In this document: in pieces, positions 1-11,714 of the stretch
Numbering within the stretch: the stretch's first letter is position 1
How the letters are laid out: each line of letters begins with the position of its first letter
Source: Cyanophora paradoxa CCMP329
Lineage: Eukaryota; Plantae; Glaucophyta
NCBI GenBank assembly: GCA_004431415.1
Contig: QPMI01000559.1
Span: forward strand, 62,001 to 126,000
Reading direction: 5' to 3'
DNA length: 64,000 bases
The notes under the pieces: generated by a model
Database searches by the model: none
Seen by the model: the letters and a program-made list of their open reading frames with translations, nothing else
What the model was told of the DNA's origin: nothing
Made by a program: the position numbers and the translations under genes

Positions 1-2998
1 GGGCGATGAGAGGGTCAACTGGCACCTCCTCTCCGAGCCCGACGCCGCTCACCTCGCCACGCTCGAGGCGAACCCGCCCGACTTGCCCCCCTGCCGCAAG
101 ATGAAGCGCCCCGGTCAGCTCCAACAAGGAGGCGCGCGAGCTATACTACTATCAGGCCGATCCGTACAGTTGGGTTGCATACCTGGAGACCTGGAAGGGC
201 CTCGAAGCCCGCTACCGCAAAGAGCACCTGGAGGCCGAGGCGGCGTCCGGCGGCTCATACGTGGCCGACGCCCAGCGTACGCCTGGACGGACGGGAGCCT
301 GAAAGAGGGCCAGACGGTTAACGCTCGCGCGGGCTACGCAGTACACTGGCCGGAAACGGACCTCAGAACTGGCGCAAGCCTGCACCCGCCGGGTATCCTC
401 ACGGACTTCTTTGCCCGGCTCCGGGGCCTGCAGGAGATCAACAAGGCGGAACTCCAGGCGGCGCTCATGGCTGACCTGCTCTCGCCTTTCGGAGCGGTTC
501 TACACGTCGACAACATGAACGCGATCCGCTGGTATTCCGATTTCGTCCAGCACGCGAGCTGCCGCAGCCCGCGGGAATACATCCGGCACGCCTGCTCCGC
601 GGAACTGTACGCATGGAGCAAGCTCAGGACAATGCTAGAGGAGCGCGGGCGGCCGCTCAAACTCGTCAAAGTCAAAGCGCACGCGAAGGGCGACGCCCGC
701 GACCCCACAACGACATCGCGGACGCCGGAGCGAACGTGGCGGCCGACCTGGATCTGGCGGACGAAAACCGGCATGAACCTCTCTTTCTGCCGCCGGCCTT
801 CAGCATGCCTGCGGTGCTCACCATCAGCGACCCGACGGGCGCACACGACGGGTGGAAGGGGACCCCAAGGCACACATGGACGCACTTCACGAGCACCAGA
901 CGCACTTTGCCTGGACCCAACAACCGCTGGCTGGCGCGCTCCTGCGCCGAAGCGCCGACGGCGCAGACATAGCAGGGCTATATGCGGAAACGAGCGTAGG
1001 CTCCCGATTCCAAGGCGCCAATGGAGCCCGCAACGCGCTATTCAAGTTTCGGACGCAGCTGCTCTGTAGCTCGCTACCAGCGAACGAAGTCCGGGTACGT
1101 GACCAGAAGGAACTCTACGCCGCCTGCAACCCTGGGGGACGCTGTGCGGGCTGCGCCACCAGAACGCCTTTCCCTCGTGCAGAGACTAGCGGCCCGACAG
1201 CCTCACAGAACAGCCAGACTGCACCAGAGGCCTCGCATGCCCAACCAGCAGCGGGCCCCAGCCGCCCGAACCGGGCACCGACGGCTCTTACCGCAGGCCC
1301 GACTGAAACTTTCCCGCACGTCTTCCTGTGCCCGGGTCCGCATGCGGTCGCGCACCGCGCGGAGACTGCTCGCGAACTGAACCGACTTCTGCTCTGCGCA
1401 TACAGAGAGGCCCACGGACTCACAGCGCCGCCAGCAGGAGCCCTCCTTGCCCCCGACCTGGTCCCAATCTTCCTCCGCGTCGCGGACGACGACGCCGAGG
1501 CGCGCAGCTACGATGGTAGGCCGTACGCGTACCCGCGCCTCTGGGTGCTCCAGGGCCTTGCTCCGCAGAGTCTAGAAAGCGCCCTCGCACGCTGCCTGAA
1601 CCTTGCACCCCGGTACGCGGCACGCGCAGCTAAACGCGTTCGGCAGACGCTTCTGGAGCGGGCCCGACGCCTCTGGTCACGTCGCTGCGAAATCAACGCG
1701 GAGTGGGAACGCGACTGCCGCGTCTCCCAGGCCTCAAAGAAGCGACCGCGCCCGCCCCGCACGGGCGCCCGCGCCCGAGAGCGGGCCCGCGGCCCCCGGA
1801 CCTGTAAGGAAGTCTGCGCCGCCTGCGACGGGCCGATTCGCCTTCACAATCTACTCAACGCCGCTCGGAACGCAGACTGCCCACCGGAGTACGCGGGCTG
1901 GAAGGCGGCGCTCCGCGCCCAAGAGCTCTACGATTGCGTCAAGGTACGCCCTTGGGAGCCACATCCTAGCCCGCTCTAAACGGTACCCCGAGTCGCGCGA
2001 AAGGGGGGGGGGGGGGGGGGGGGGGGCTACGTCGGGAGGAGACTCTCGACACCACCTACCTACTACTTCACCATACCTAGTCCTCGAGAAACTTCCCTGC
2101 TCTACTCTTAGCCTCGCACACACTAGATATAGCCGCCCGTCCGACTCGCTGGGCCCGCCCAAGCGAGCGCCTGCCTTGCCTCCCTCTCCCGTTCTGCCCT
2201 CCTGCTCGCTCTCTTGGCCCTGCCTCCCACTCACGACCTCGCCAACGCTCCTCGCGCCTCGACAGGGAGGGAACGATGGACCGGAAGGCTTGGCGGAAGG
2301 CTTCGGCTGGTCGTTGCACCCACCAGATACCCCGGCCATCGTGCCAGGACCGTGGGTTGAAGGACCGCCGCGGAGGGGGGCTCGCAATTGCCCGCGGCGG
2401 GGGTGCGGCGGCTGGTTCGAGGCTGGAAGCCCTGCTGACCGAGAAATCCGACCCTCCCCCTCCCCGCCACGGCCGGCGCCGACCTTCTCCGTCCCGCCCA
2501 CTTCTTCCCCGCAACGTCCCCCTCGCCTCATTCCCTCGGCCCCTCTACGCCGACGTGCTTCACCCGCGCTTCGGGCGAGCGGCCCCTCGACGCGGAGCCC
2601 GCCGCGCTAGCTGTAGTCGCGGCCGCGTCGAGAGTAGGCAGATTAGACCGCGGGTCCGTCCTGGCTTTCCTACCGTACAGTAGAACAGCCCGCGAGCTCC
2701 GGACGTCCCGACGGTCCCTAGGCAGGCAGCACTAGCAGGCAGCACTCGTAGACCCCTGGGTAGTCCTCTCTGTAGCCTAGTCCTAAGCTAGGCTAGATGT
2801 ATAGGTAGTAGCTCTCTGCTCTGGGTTAGCTTTGCTTTAGTTTACGTCTCCTTGACTAGCTCCACCCTGTCCGATGGCTGATAGGTTCCCTACCCGGCGT
2901 AACCAGTAGGCTCATCTTTCGACTTGACACTTTACGGACACCTCAGTTCTATCATTAGCCGTATTGTCTCGGTGTGTGCGAATTCATTGATAAAAAAA
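1..2998 (+). mobile_element. 3' part of an L1/Tx1-like non-LTR retrotransposon: RNase H, zf-RVT-like C-terminus, about 1 kb 3' UTR and short poly(A)
   Basis: RNase H motifs AWTDGS, NKAEL, HVDN, VKVKAHAKG and NDIAD, with frameshifts near 705 and 850. Downstream ORF 852-1979 has CxxC...ETFPHVFLC...LWSRRC. A-tract at 2992-2998. Confidence 0.8.
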
Positions 2999-3395
2999 CC
3001 GGCCTCGCCGGGACCCGCCCTCGTGGGGTCCGAGCCTGATGGCGCTCGCCCACTATCGGACCCGGAATCCCCGGGCTCCGTCAAAGACTTCCCAGCGGCG
3101 GGCAGTGCGTCCCCGGCGGCCGCTGCCAGGCCCCGCGCCGCCCGCCCCTCATGCCCGCCGGCCCCTCTCCCACGAGGCGACTGGTCCCCTTGACACCCCC
3201 CCAATGCAAGCCTCCTATACGGTCGGCGAGCTTGAGGGGCGCCTGCGATATCGATATACACACGAATAAGTCGGCCCCCGTCTGCTTTGGGATGCCCTTA
3301 AAAGCTTGGCCCCCTAGTGGAGCAATTCGAAAGATTTTAACTGCACGAGGGAGCTGGGCACCCTCGTGCTAGGGACCTAGGTGCGCATACTACCC

Positions 3396-3563
3396 AGAAA
3401 GTTAATTGCATAACTCGGTTGGGGAGTGTGTGTTGTGGCATGGCGGGGCGAGGGTGGGAGCGCGCTACGCGCCAGCCAGCTGGCTGGCGCGTAGCGCGCT
3501 CCCCCCCTCGCCCCGTCATGCCACAACACACACTCCCCAACCGAGTTATGCAATTATCTTTCT
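3396..3563. repeat. Near-perfect loopless palindrome with 84-nt arms; a half copy lies at about 62683-62795
   Basis: Centre CCAG|CTGG at 3479/3480. The arms are reverse complements with 3 mismatches. Confidence 0.9.
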
Positions 3564-3789
3564 AGCAGAATGCGCTCTTGTGTCCCTGATACCTCGCTCG
3601 AGCTCGAACTTGCATGCCAGTGCACAGGCCTGTAGCAGCCATTATGCAAATCTCTCAGAGTCTAAACGTTTAACAAGAGAACTAGGACAGGGTCCGCGTA
3701 CTGTATATATATACTGCATGCGTACAAGCGCATAGCTAGCTATATAGGCCCTTGAGCTCATGATCATTTGCATATATATAGCTATAGGG

Positions 3790-3990
3790 GGCGGCCGCGG
3801 CGGCCGCAGCCGCCGTAGCCACCCCCGCCGCGGCCGCCAACGCCGCCACCGCTGCCGCTGCGGCCGCCGCCGCCGCCGCCGCCGCCGTCGCCGCCGCCGC
3901 CGCCGCCGCCGTCGCCGCCGCCGCCGCGGCGCCGGCCGCCGCCCCCGCGCCCGCCCCGGGCCCGGCCCCCGCCTCCGGCCCCGGCCCGGC
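3790..3990. repeat. (GCC)n-rich simple repeat
   Basis: Direct reading of GCC/GGC runs. Confidence 0.85.
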
Positions 3991-4512
3991 CACCATCCCG
4001 CTCACCAACTACCAGGCGGCCCAGCGCATGCTCGCCGAGCTCACCTCGGCCCTCGGGGGCCCCGCCGCCATCGAGGCCCTCCTGGCCGGACGCCGGGCGG
4101 CCGCCGCCGACAACGCGGCAGCGTAAACTCTCCCTCTCTTTTACGTTTGGCCCCAATGGCCTCGACCCTCTCGCCCTTTCGGCCCCCGCTTTCTTTCTCT
4201 CTTCTTTTCTTCACAACTTGCAATTGTGGTAGCATGACTACCGACGGTGGGGGCCCTGTGAAAGCCCGCCGCCTCCCTCTCTGAGTTAGATAGCTTTATG
4301 AAGCAATGACACCCTCTTACCCCGATCTCGCATAAAGCCTTGCCCTCCTCCGGGCCAGCCCCACCCCCTAGGCAAGCCCACGGCCCAGACGCTAGCGATA
4401 ACCTAGCCCTACGGCCTAAAACCCCCACCACGCCCCTCTTTTCTACGACCACACTAGGGCGGCCACCCCGCCCGCCACCGCCCGCCCCCGCGGCACCCTC
4501 GATAACACCCCC

Positions 4513-4564
4513 AAAACCGCACAACCGGCTTGGGCGTGTCTTATACATACTCTTCTTCTTCTTC
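4513..4564 (+). mobile_element. Retroelement 3'-end module with (TTC)n tail; other copies at 17404-17455(-), 24972-25053(-), 37594-37651(+), 44365-44456(-) and 50218-50257(+)
   Basis: AAAACCGCACAACCGGCTTGGGCGTGTCTTATACATACTCTTCTTCTTC matches the tail of the LINE at 44365-46975. Confidence 0.75.
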
Positions 4565-5094
4565 CCCAACCAGGCCCACAAAATACCCCGCGCCCCACAC
4601 GCAATAAAAATAAGGGGGCGCGCCCGCTACCACCGCCCATGCCGCCCCTCCCCTCCCCCCCACCCCTCTACCCCTGCCTGATAAAAAATTGGCCCCCCTC
4701 GGCGCCACGACCCCAGCATCTGGTACGTACACTCACGACGACGACCCCCTCCCCACGCTTCCCCCCCACAAGAGAAACGCTCAGCTGTAGCGTCGAGGCG
4801 CCTATCCCTGTGTTCCGGCCTCAGGTTATGCTCTGACCCAGAGTTCGGCCCAGTCCGAACCGGTAGTGCGTACGATGATGTCACTGAACAAATACACTCG
4901 CCACCGCCCTTGATATGGGCTTTGTGAAAAAAATATGTATTTCTGATTGTATTACTATATTGAAGGATACATACATAGCATTGAAGGATTTATAACAGCT
5001 CTCCATATGTATTTCAGATGAGACTCGCACGAAAAAAAACCGAAATCGAAGTCTTTTCGTGCAGGCCTTGCCTCGTAGATCTAGCTAGATCTAG

Positions 5095-5775
5095 AGCATT
5101 TGGACGTCGACGTCGACACGAATTCAAACCGCAATTGCAAATCCGGGCTACATATGCATCTGCATGCATATGTGTGGGCTAGAGCACTTGATCTGTGATT
5201 ACGATCGTGATTAGGACGTCCTACTAGGCTAGCTTTGATCTGCGATTACGATTATAATTAGGGCGTCCATGATCTGCGATTACGATCGTAACTAGCACGC
5301 CGGCGGCTTCTGCTCGCGATCGCGATCGGGCTCTGACTGGGCCGGCCGCCGGTTGTAAACGGGGTAGCCGGACGTCGTAGGCCTAGCTTTAATTTGCCAG
5401 TTGATCTGCGATTGCGATTAGCTAGGGCGTCCCCTGATCTGCATTGTGATTTTCGAAGCTCGAGCAGGGTACGGTGGCCACTGTTGTTATTAATTTAGCT
5501 ATGTATATAGATATAGCTGATCGTAATCGATAATTCTTGTCTAGCTGATCGTAATCGATATCGTAATTATATAATTCTTGTCTAGATCTAGCTGCATGCA
5601 TATATATGATGCTTGGAGCTGATCGTAATCGTAATTCGATGCTTGGAGCTGATCGTAATCGTAATTCTTGTCTAGATCTAGCTGATCGTAATCGTAATTC
5701 TTGTCTAGCTGCATGATGCTTGGAGCTGATCGTAATCGTAACTCTTGTCTAGCTGATCGTAATCGGAATTCTTGT
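5095..5775. repeat. Degenerate MITE terminus (5095-5178) followed by ATCGTAATCG/GATTACGAT minisatellite units
   Basis: GCATTTGGAC...GAATTCAAACCGCAA terminus, then repeated TGATCTGCGATTACGAT and CTGATCGTAATCGTAATTC units. Confidence 0.75.
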
Positions 5776-5800
5776 CGAACGGGGTACACAGTTTGCTTCG

Positions 5801-6211
5801 ATGTTCGCAGCGTGCACCGTCCTTCCCTCCCGGGCCGCGAACCCGATCGCGGCTGTGCCGTCCGTGAGCAGCGCCTGCCGACTTGCGCTCAGCCGTCAGC
5901 TGCCGGCGAAGAGCTTCTTCGGATCGGCCGCGGCGCGTGCGGCGCCCCCGGCGGCCAGCCAGCAAAGCGAGCCGCGCTTCTTCGTCGATGCTGCGTTCGA
6001 GGCAGGGCAGAAGGTCCGCGTTGCAAAGTCGGTCGTCGTGTATATGCACCCCGAGCACCGGAATCAGCCCTTCGACGTGAAGGGTATGGAGGGCACGATA
6101 TCCCGCGTTTACGACAACGAGGTTCTGACCGCGAACCTCCCCGTCGTTGTCGAGCTGCTCCCGAAGTTCAAGCTGCACCTGGCTGATGATGAGATCGAGC
6201 TTGTCCAGTAG
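5801..6211 (+). CDS. ftrV: Ferredoxin-thioredoxin reductase variable (alpha) subunit, plastid-targeted, intronless
   Basis: GQKVRVAKSVVVYMHPEHRNQPFDVKGMEG...ANLPVVVEL..KFKLHLADDEIE matches cyanobacterial FtrV. Ser/Ala-rich presequence begins MF. Confidence 0.92.
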   Translation: MFAACTVLPSRAANPIAAVPSVSSACRLALSRQLPAKSFFGSAAARAAPPAASQQSEPRFFVDAAFEAGQKVRVAKSVVVYMHPEHRNQPFDVKGMEGTISRVYDNEVLTANLPVVVELLPKFKLHLADDEIELVQ

Positions 6212-6836
6212 CACGTGCGCGCAGCAGCCTTAACTATCGCACCTCTTAAAACCGATCAGCTCGCGTCAGGCATGCGCTCGCATGCGCTTTTTTCAGTGCG
6301 GCGGTTCGATACTGCGGCGGCCGGATCGAGTTAGATCTTCCCATGTAAACGTCTCAGGTTGGGATTGTAGATAACTTTTATTTCAATTCAAGATCCAAAT
6401 ATACCCTGAATGAAGGTCCTCGCCCCCGTCGTCGACTGGGATGCCGAGGCGGGCGACCACTGACCCCGGTCTTGGCCGCGCCCTTGGCGCCCTTGCCGGC
6501 GCCTTTGGCGTTGCCCGCTAGACCCTTAGCCGCTGCGGCAACGGGGGCGGCACGGGCAGTGGCAGGAGCGGCACGGCACGGGATCAGCTGCAGAGCCCTC
6601 GAGGCTCAGATCTAAAAAAATCAGAGCTAAAGTCCAGATCATGCACATCCGCAGCTGCATGCGCATGCACAGCTGCACTGCGGGCAGATCTAGACTCTAG
6701 ATCTGCACTGGGGGCCCATACATGACTCTCCGTGCACATGTCGACGTCGGCCCTGCGCATGCAGCTCGCGGCTGGGGGCATGCAGAAACCCGCCTTTAGC
6801 TTGCCCCTCAGTACAGAATTCGAAAGGATCTCAGCC

Positions 6837-8460
6837 TGGCAGCTGCATCCCGTATATATATACGTGCACATGCCGTGCTGGGCGCCTGCTGACTTATACA
6901 GCTGCATTTGATCAATTCAATTTCTTGATACATCAACACTCATGTGCCACGGTGGATGGGATCCCGGAGGTTTGATGATCATGAACACGTGTGTGGCGTG
7001 GCTGCAGCAGCCCACAGGCGGCCACCTGAAAGAACGTATGCTGCTGAAAGCAGGAATCCATCGGCTACAAGAGGAACGGAACTGGCAGCTGCATCCCAGA
7101 CGTGCCGCTGGGCGCCTGCTGACTTATACAGCTGCATTCAATTCAATTTCTTGATACATCAACACTCATGTGGATGGGAGGTTTGATGAACACGTGTGTG
7201 GCTGCAGCAGCCCACAGGCGGCCACCTGAAAGAACGTACGCTGCTGAAAGGAGGAATCCATCGGCTACAAGAGGAACGTAAGATGCCAGCCTTTCTTCCT
7301 CAATGCTATTCTGGGCACTGTACTTTGCGACCTCGCTCGCAAAGAATGCCGTTGCGACCCTCCTTTCATCGGCTGAAAGGCTTCCAACGGCTCTTTTCTG
7401 AGTTCCCCTCGCATCTTGCCAGACAATAGGAACTCCCAGCACGAACGCCTTTTTTTCCTGGAGGGGGATGAAACCTCGGAGTTCGGGGGGGGGGGGGGGG
7501 CAAACCTCGGGTGTTTGAAGAGTCCCTTTCTTCTTGTGCCATTCCTTCGAAAAGTCATTCAAACTGAGGTGCTTCTCTGCGCCACAGAGAAATTACTTGA
7601 CAGAATGTCTGTGGCACTTGAAACACACCACACTCTTGAAATGCGTCATCAAAGCGATTTTCTTCGACAAGAGATGTCAAGATGCGGTTGAACTCGATGA
7701 AGTTGCGGAACGAGTCATGCTTTGAATTACTGTCTGCTGGGCCCGCAGACTTTTTGTGAAGGGACTCGTTGACTCCACAGACAACAGCGTAAGAAATTGC
7801 TGATATGCAAAATGCAGCAAAACCCCCCGCCACCTGCCAGCACCTGACTCGTGTCAGAGAGCTGCAACAGAGCGGGGGTGGGGCAAATTAAACCTCCTCA
7901 TTAAGTGCTGTCTAAAACAGAGCTCCATCACCGTAGGCACGAGCAAAAATCCAGACCTTGCTTGCGGATTAGGGAGCCTCGAGGTTAAAGCAAAAAAAAC
8001 ACGCAGACGCGAGATTTCCGGCATTCCCCTCCACATGTGCACTGATGCGGGTACCGAAAACGGCTCCAGAAACATCCGATTGTATTATGGGACCGGTGGT
8101 GCGCATGTCCGACAGCCGCGATGACCGAATCGCTGCGTGCAGTTGACACTGCACACACATCAGATCTCAAAAAGCAAGAAGACGCATATGGCCGAACCAC
8201 TGCGAAGATAACAGCGAGCGCCCTTCCCTTGCCCACAGTGCGAAGAAAAGGGGGCGGGAACTCGAAGTTGGGAACGGCCGGATTAATATTCAGACGTGAA
8301 AGCTGCGTGAAAATCGCGCCACCGAGCACAAGAGGCGACATCAGACTCCTCATCGACGACGCAAGATAGGGTTTCTCGTCGAAATAGTCCAGGATAAAAT
8401 CCGAGGCGAGGGCTCCGCAGCCGAACGAGGCGATCAAATTGGAGATCTCGCGCCTCAAGA
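6837..8460 (-). pseudogene. Broken ORF relic of unknown family in lower-GC DNA, with a tandem duplication (6837-7078 / 7083-7278)
   Basis: Protein-like stretches (7143-7562, 7555-7833, 7985-8458) in different frames. The duplication is directly visible. Confidence 0.35.
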
Positions 8461-9137
8461 AGACGCGCGGAGTTGTCCCGGCCCCCTCGCGCTCAAGGCG
8501 CGCTGAGCGGTGTTAGCACGTTTACGTACGTGCACTTGGGACGTACCGGGATCTCGAGCTACGTATTTCTCGACGTAGGAAATTCTGCAAGGAGTCATTG
8601 ATCATGACGGAGACGTGCTGGGCGGGCCCGATGACGAAAGCGCACCCTGGGTCCTGGTCCGACGCCTGCGCACCAAATGCCCGTGTTATCCGCAGGTCGC
8701 GTAGTCCGCAGCTAGTATGCCCGTGTTATCAATATGCACGCGTAGTCCGCAGCTAGTATGCCCGTGTTATCAATTTGCACCAAAGCACGCGTGAGGCGAC
8801 GCGGGCGCAGAACATAAAACTACCTTTTTCTGCAGCGACGACGCCGAGGTCTGGAAGAGACGCCGCCAAGCGCGACGCATGTCGACGGCGCTCCCCCTGC
8901 CGTCGTGGCCGTTGCCGCTGCAGCTTTACCGCAGCTCGCGCTTACGACGTCGCGCGCCCGAAGCTTTAGAAAGAGAACGACTACGAACTTCCGTGTACCC
9001 CTCCCTGCAGCAGCCAATCTTGGAATAGCTTCTGCGGCTAGAGCGCGTGGGCAACATCCAAAGGAGCTGTCTAGCCAGGCACGAGCGAGCTAGAACCAGC
9101 TTCGGCGGCCGCTAGCTTTTCTTGTGGCGCGGAGCGA

Positions 9138-10425
9138 ATGCCGGCCGCGGCAGAGGCGTCCGGGCCGTTTCCGGATGTCGACAAATCGATTCTGGGCATC
9201 CAGCTTGGACCTCGCCACACCAGCACGGTGATCGGCCTCGATCCGAAGCACTGGGGCGAGGCCGCCCCGAAAGCGCGGAGCCCGCCGCTTGTTCCTGGCC
9301 TCGACTCCCTTGTAGATGAGTTCAGCTCCACATGCCACAGGACGCATACGGGGTTCCCGGAAATAGCTCAATTCAAGCAACCTGGCGCGTTCCGGCGACC
9401 TCCTACGAACCCGAAGGCGCGCCAGCTCGAGCGACTGTGTTAGCTGCGACGTCGCTAGTTGTTTACTAGATTGAGCTTCCGCAGATCGAGTATCTCTGGC
9501 CGTGCGCGTCGAGCTCTACCGGCCCTGGCGAATGGCTCAACTCCATCCCGGCAGACGCCGGTGCGCGCTTGTGCCCGCGCATGACCTCGCACCGTCTGAA
9601 CGCGACCCCCGCACCGGCGGCTGGACGTGAAGACCTGCTGACCTTCGGGGCGCGCGCGACGGCGAGTCAGGAGTTCTTCCGCAGACCCCGAAGAATGGTC
9701 TCTCCGCAAGTGGGCGCGGCTGGTCTCGAACTGAACCAGCTCCTCGCGCTCGATCAAAGTCTACTAAAGCAAAAAACCGTTCTGCCCCTGGGCGTGCATC
9801 CGAGCCCGGCCAACGTTCCCCCCTTCACTTACGAGACGACACATCGCGCGTTTCATACACGGCCTCCACGCGAGGCGAAGCATCAGCATCTTCTTCGAAA
9901 GTACTGCACAAGCGACCTGGCAACCAGTGGGGAAATATTCCACCCAAAAGCTGCTAGCCAGACCCATGGCCACATCTACGTGAGAGCTCCATCGGGCAGC
10001 AGGAAGGTGAATTGAAACGATTTTGGACGATTTTGGGGCGGAAGCTAGACCGCGAGAGTGCTGACTGTTGCGCGGGGCAGGTCATCACAGTGAACAATGT
10101 CGTACCGGGCTCCTCAGCCCCGGCCGCCCATCTCCCTGAAGCTGTCCGCCTGCCACAAACGTTCCCTGCAGTGTGCCATTGGTCTCCTTGCTGTGGTTAC
10201 CACGCAGTGACATCATCCCTGCAGGTGCACAATCAGGGGCTTGCAACGGTCTACCGGGATGAGTTCTACGCGAAGCAGGAGCCGCAGTTGCAGGTCCTGC
10301 CGCGAGGGAACTGGCCCCCGCCAGAGGAAGGGGTTTCTCAGAGCACCATCCGCCCGGTTGAGCGTGTCCCAGGCATGTACTCCACCACCAACGAGACGTA
10401 CGGGATCTACTACAAGGACGCATAG
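9138..10425 (+). CDS. Intron-containing protein resembling ciliary microtubule-inner proteins
   Basis: Spliceable exons. Short motifs YETTHR and YSTTNETYG in an otherwise Pro-rich, disordered-looking protein. Confidence 0.5.
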
Positions 10426-10535
10426 AGCCTGTGCACAACATCATGTGTTGTGGTGTATATATTTATGTCCGATCCCACACTTGTAGCATGGACTTCGCGT
10501 AGCCCGGAGGATGGCCAAGGGGACGGAGACACCAT

Positions 10536-10792
10536 CGCATTTGGACACGTACTAAAACGCAGGTCCGGGCTACAAGTGTGGGAATGTACACTGCGGCCGC
10601 CGCGGCCGCGGGCCCAGCCCACCAGCGAGCTGGCCGGCCGGGCCCTGCGTGGCCCCCTAAGGAGAGTAATGCACCTCCCCGCGGACACTCTGGCTAGCTA
10701 TGGCTACGTGTGCCCGCACGGCGTGGTGCTGCATCGCGTCTCGTGGCGGCGGGGGGTCGCCTCGGGGCGGTGGCGGGAGCCCCTACAGGCCC
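10536..10792 (+). mobile_element. Long-TIR MITE family arm (left-type end CGCATTTGGACACGTACTAAAACGCAGG); other arms at 13825-13932(-), 39028-39265(+), 54380-54409(-) and 62959-63009(+)
   Basis: Near-identical copies dispersed through the window. Confidence 0.85.
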
Positions 10793-10904
10793 ATGGAGGG
10801 GCCCGACATGGAGTCAGCCTGCGGTGGGCGCCGGGGGGCGCGAAAAGGGGTCAGATCGAAATCAAAAGATCTTGAGATCCAAATGAAAGAACACATGAAG
10901 ACAC

Positions 10905-11045
10905 ATGAAACATGGCGACGACCAGACCGTCCTTGGATGCTTCCAGCTGCAGCGCCTCATTCCATCCTGATTCGGCTCCATCGGGCAGCAGGGAAGGTGA
11001 ACGGCTCCATCGGGCAGCATGCGCAGGAAGGTGAATTGAACTTGG
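10905..11045 (-). pseudogene. Decayed fragment of thioredoxin exon 1 (parent gene at 53204) joined to duplicated pieces of 9986-10017
   Basis: GWNEALQLEASKDGLVVAMF versus DWNEALEASKGGLVVAMF at 53379-53432. Confidence 0.7.
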
Positions 11046-11714
11046 TAAGGCCCGGCGGCCCGTGCACGTGCATGCGCATGCATGTGGTGGCCGGAAGAGT
11101 TGGGATGGTCGGCGGCCGCACCGACATGCATGGTGCTCTGGTCGTGCTAGGCCTAGGAGTGCTGGCTGTGGCGATTTCGCTTCGCCGCTGGTCGCTTCGT
11201 GGCCTGGGGCGGCCGCGGGCCGCGAGCGAAGCTGGGCGTGAAGGGAAGGGCCGCTCGGAGGCGAGGGCGCCGGCGTTGAGGTTCGCCTCGATGACGGCGC
11301 GCGGCATCTTGCCGATGGCGTGCCCCAGGTCCTTCCCCGCCGCGGCGCCCCGCTCAGGAACTCGAAGTGCGGGATCCCGTCCACGTCGTACTACGGTACC
11401 GGTACCTGCGCATGCCCCACGCCCCCAGCCCTCAGCCGCTGGCCATGGAGACCCCGCAGGGGGCGGCGGCGGGGGGCCGGGGCGCGCTTGTCGATCTCGG
11501 CGAAGGTCTGCGGGCTGTCGATGACCTGCGCGGGCGGGGTTGAGCTCGAGGTGCCGCTGACAGCAGGCCGCGTCACGTCACTGTCGGTACCCAAGCACTT
11601 TTTTCTCTTAATTTGCGAAAAGGGGGGGACGGTTTCAAGAATTAATTTGAATTCGTCGCGTCGAACGAACACGTTCGAGGCGCGACCACGGCAAGCCCCA
11701 TTTGACCTGCTAAC

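Noticed and set aside
6380-6580. Histone-tail-like peptide AKGAGKGAKGAAK on the minus strand
   Set aside because: No histone fold follows, and the sequence is low complexity.
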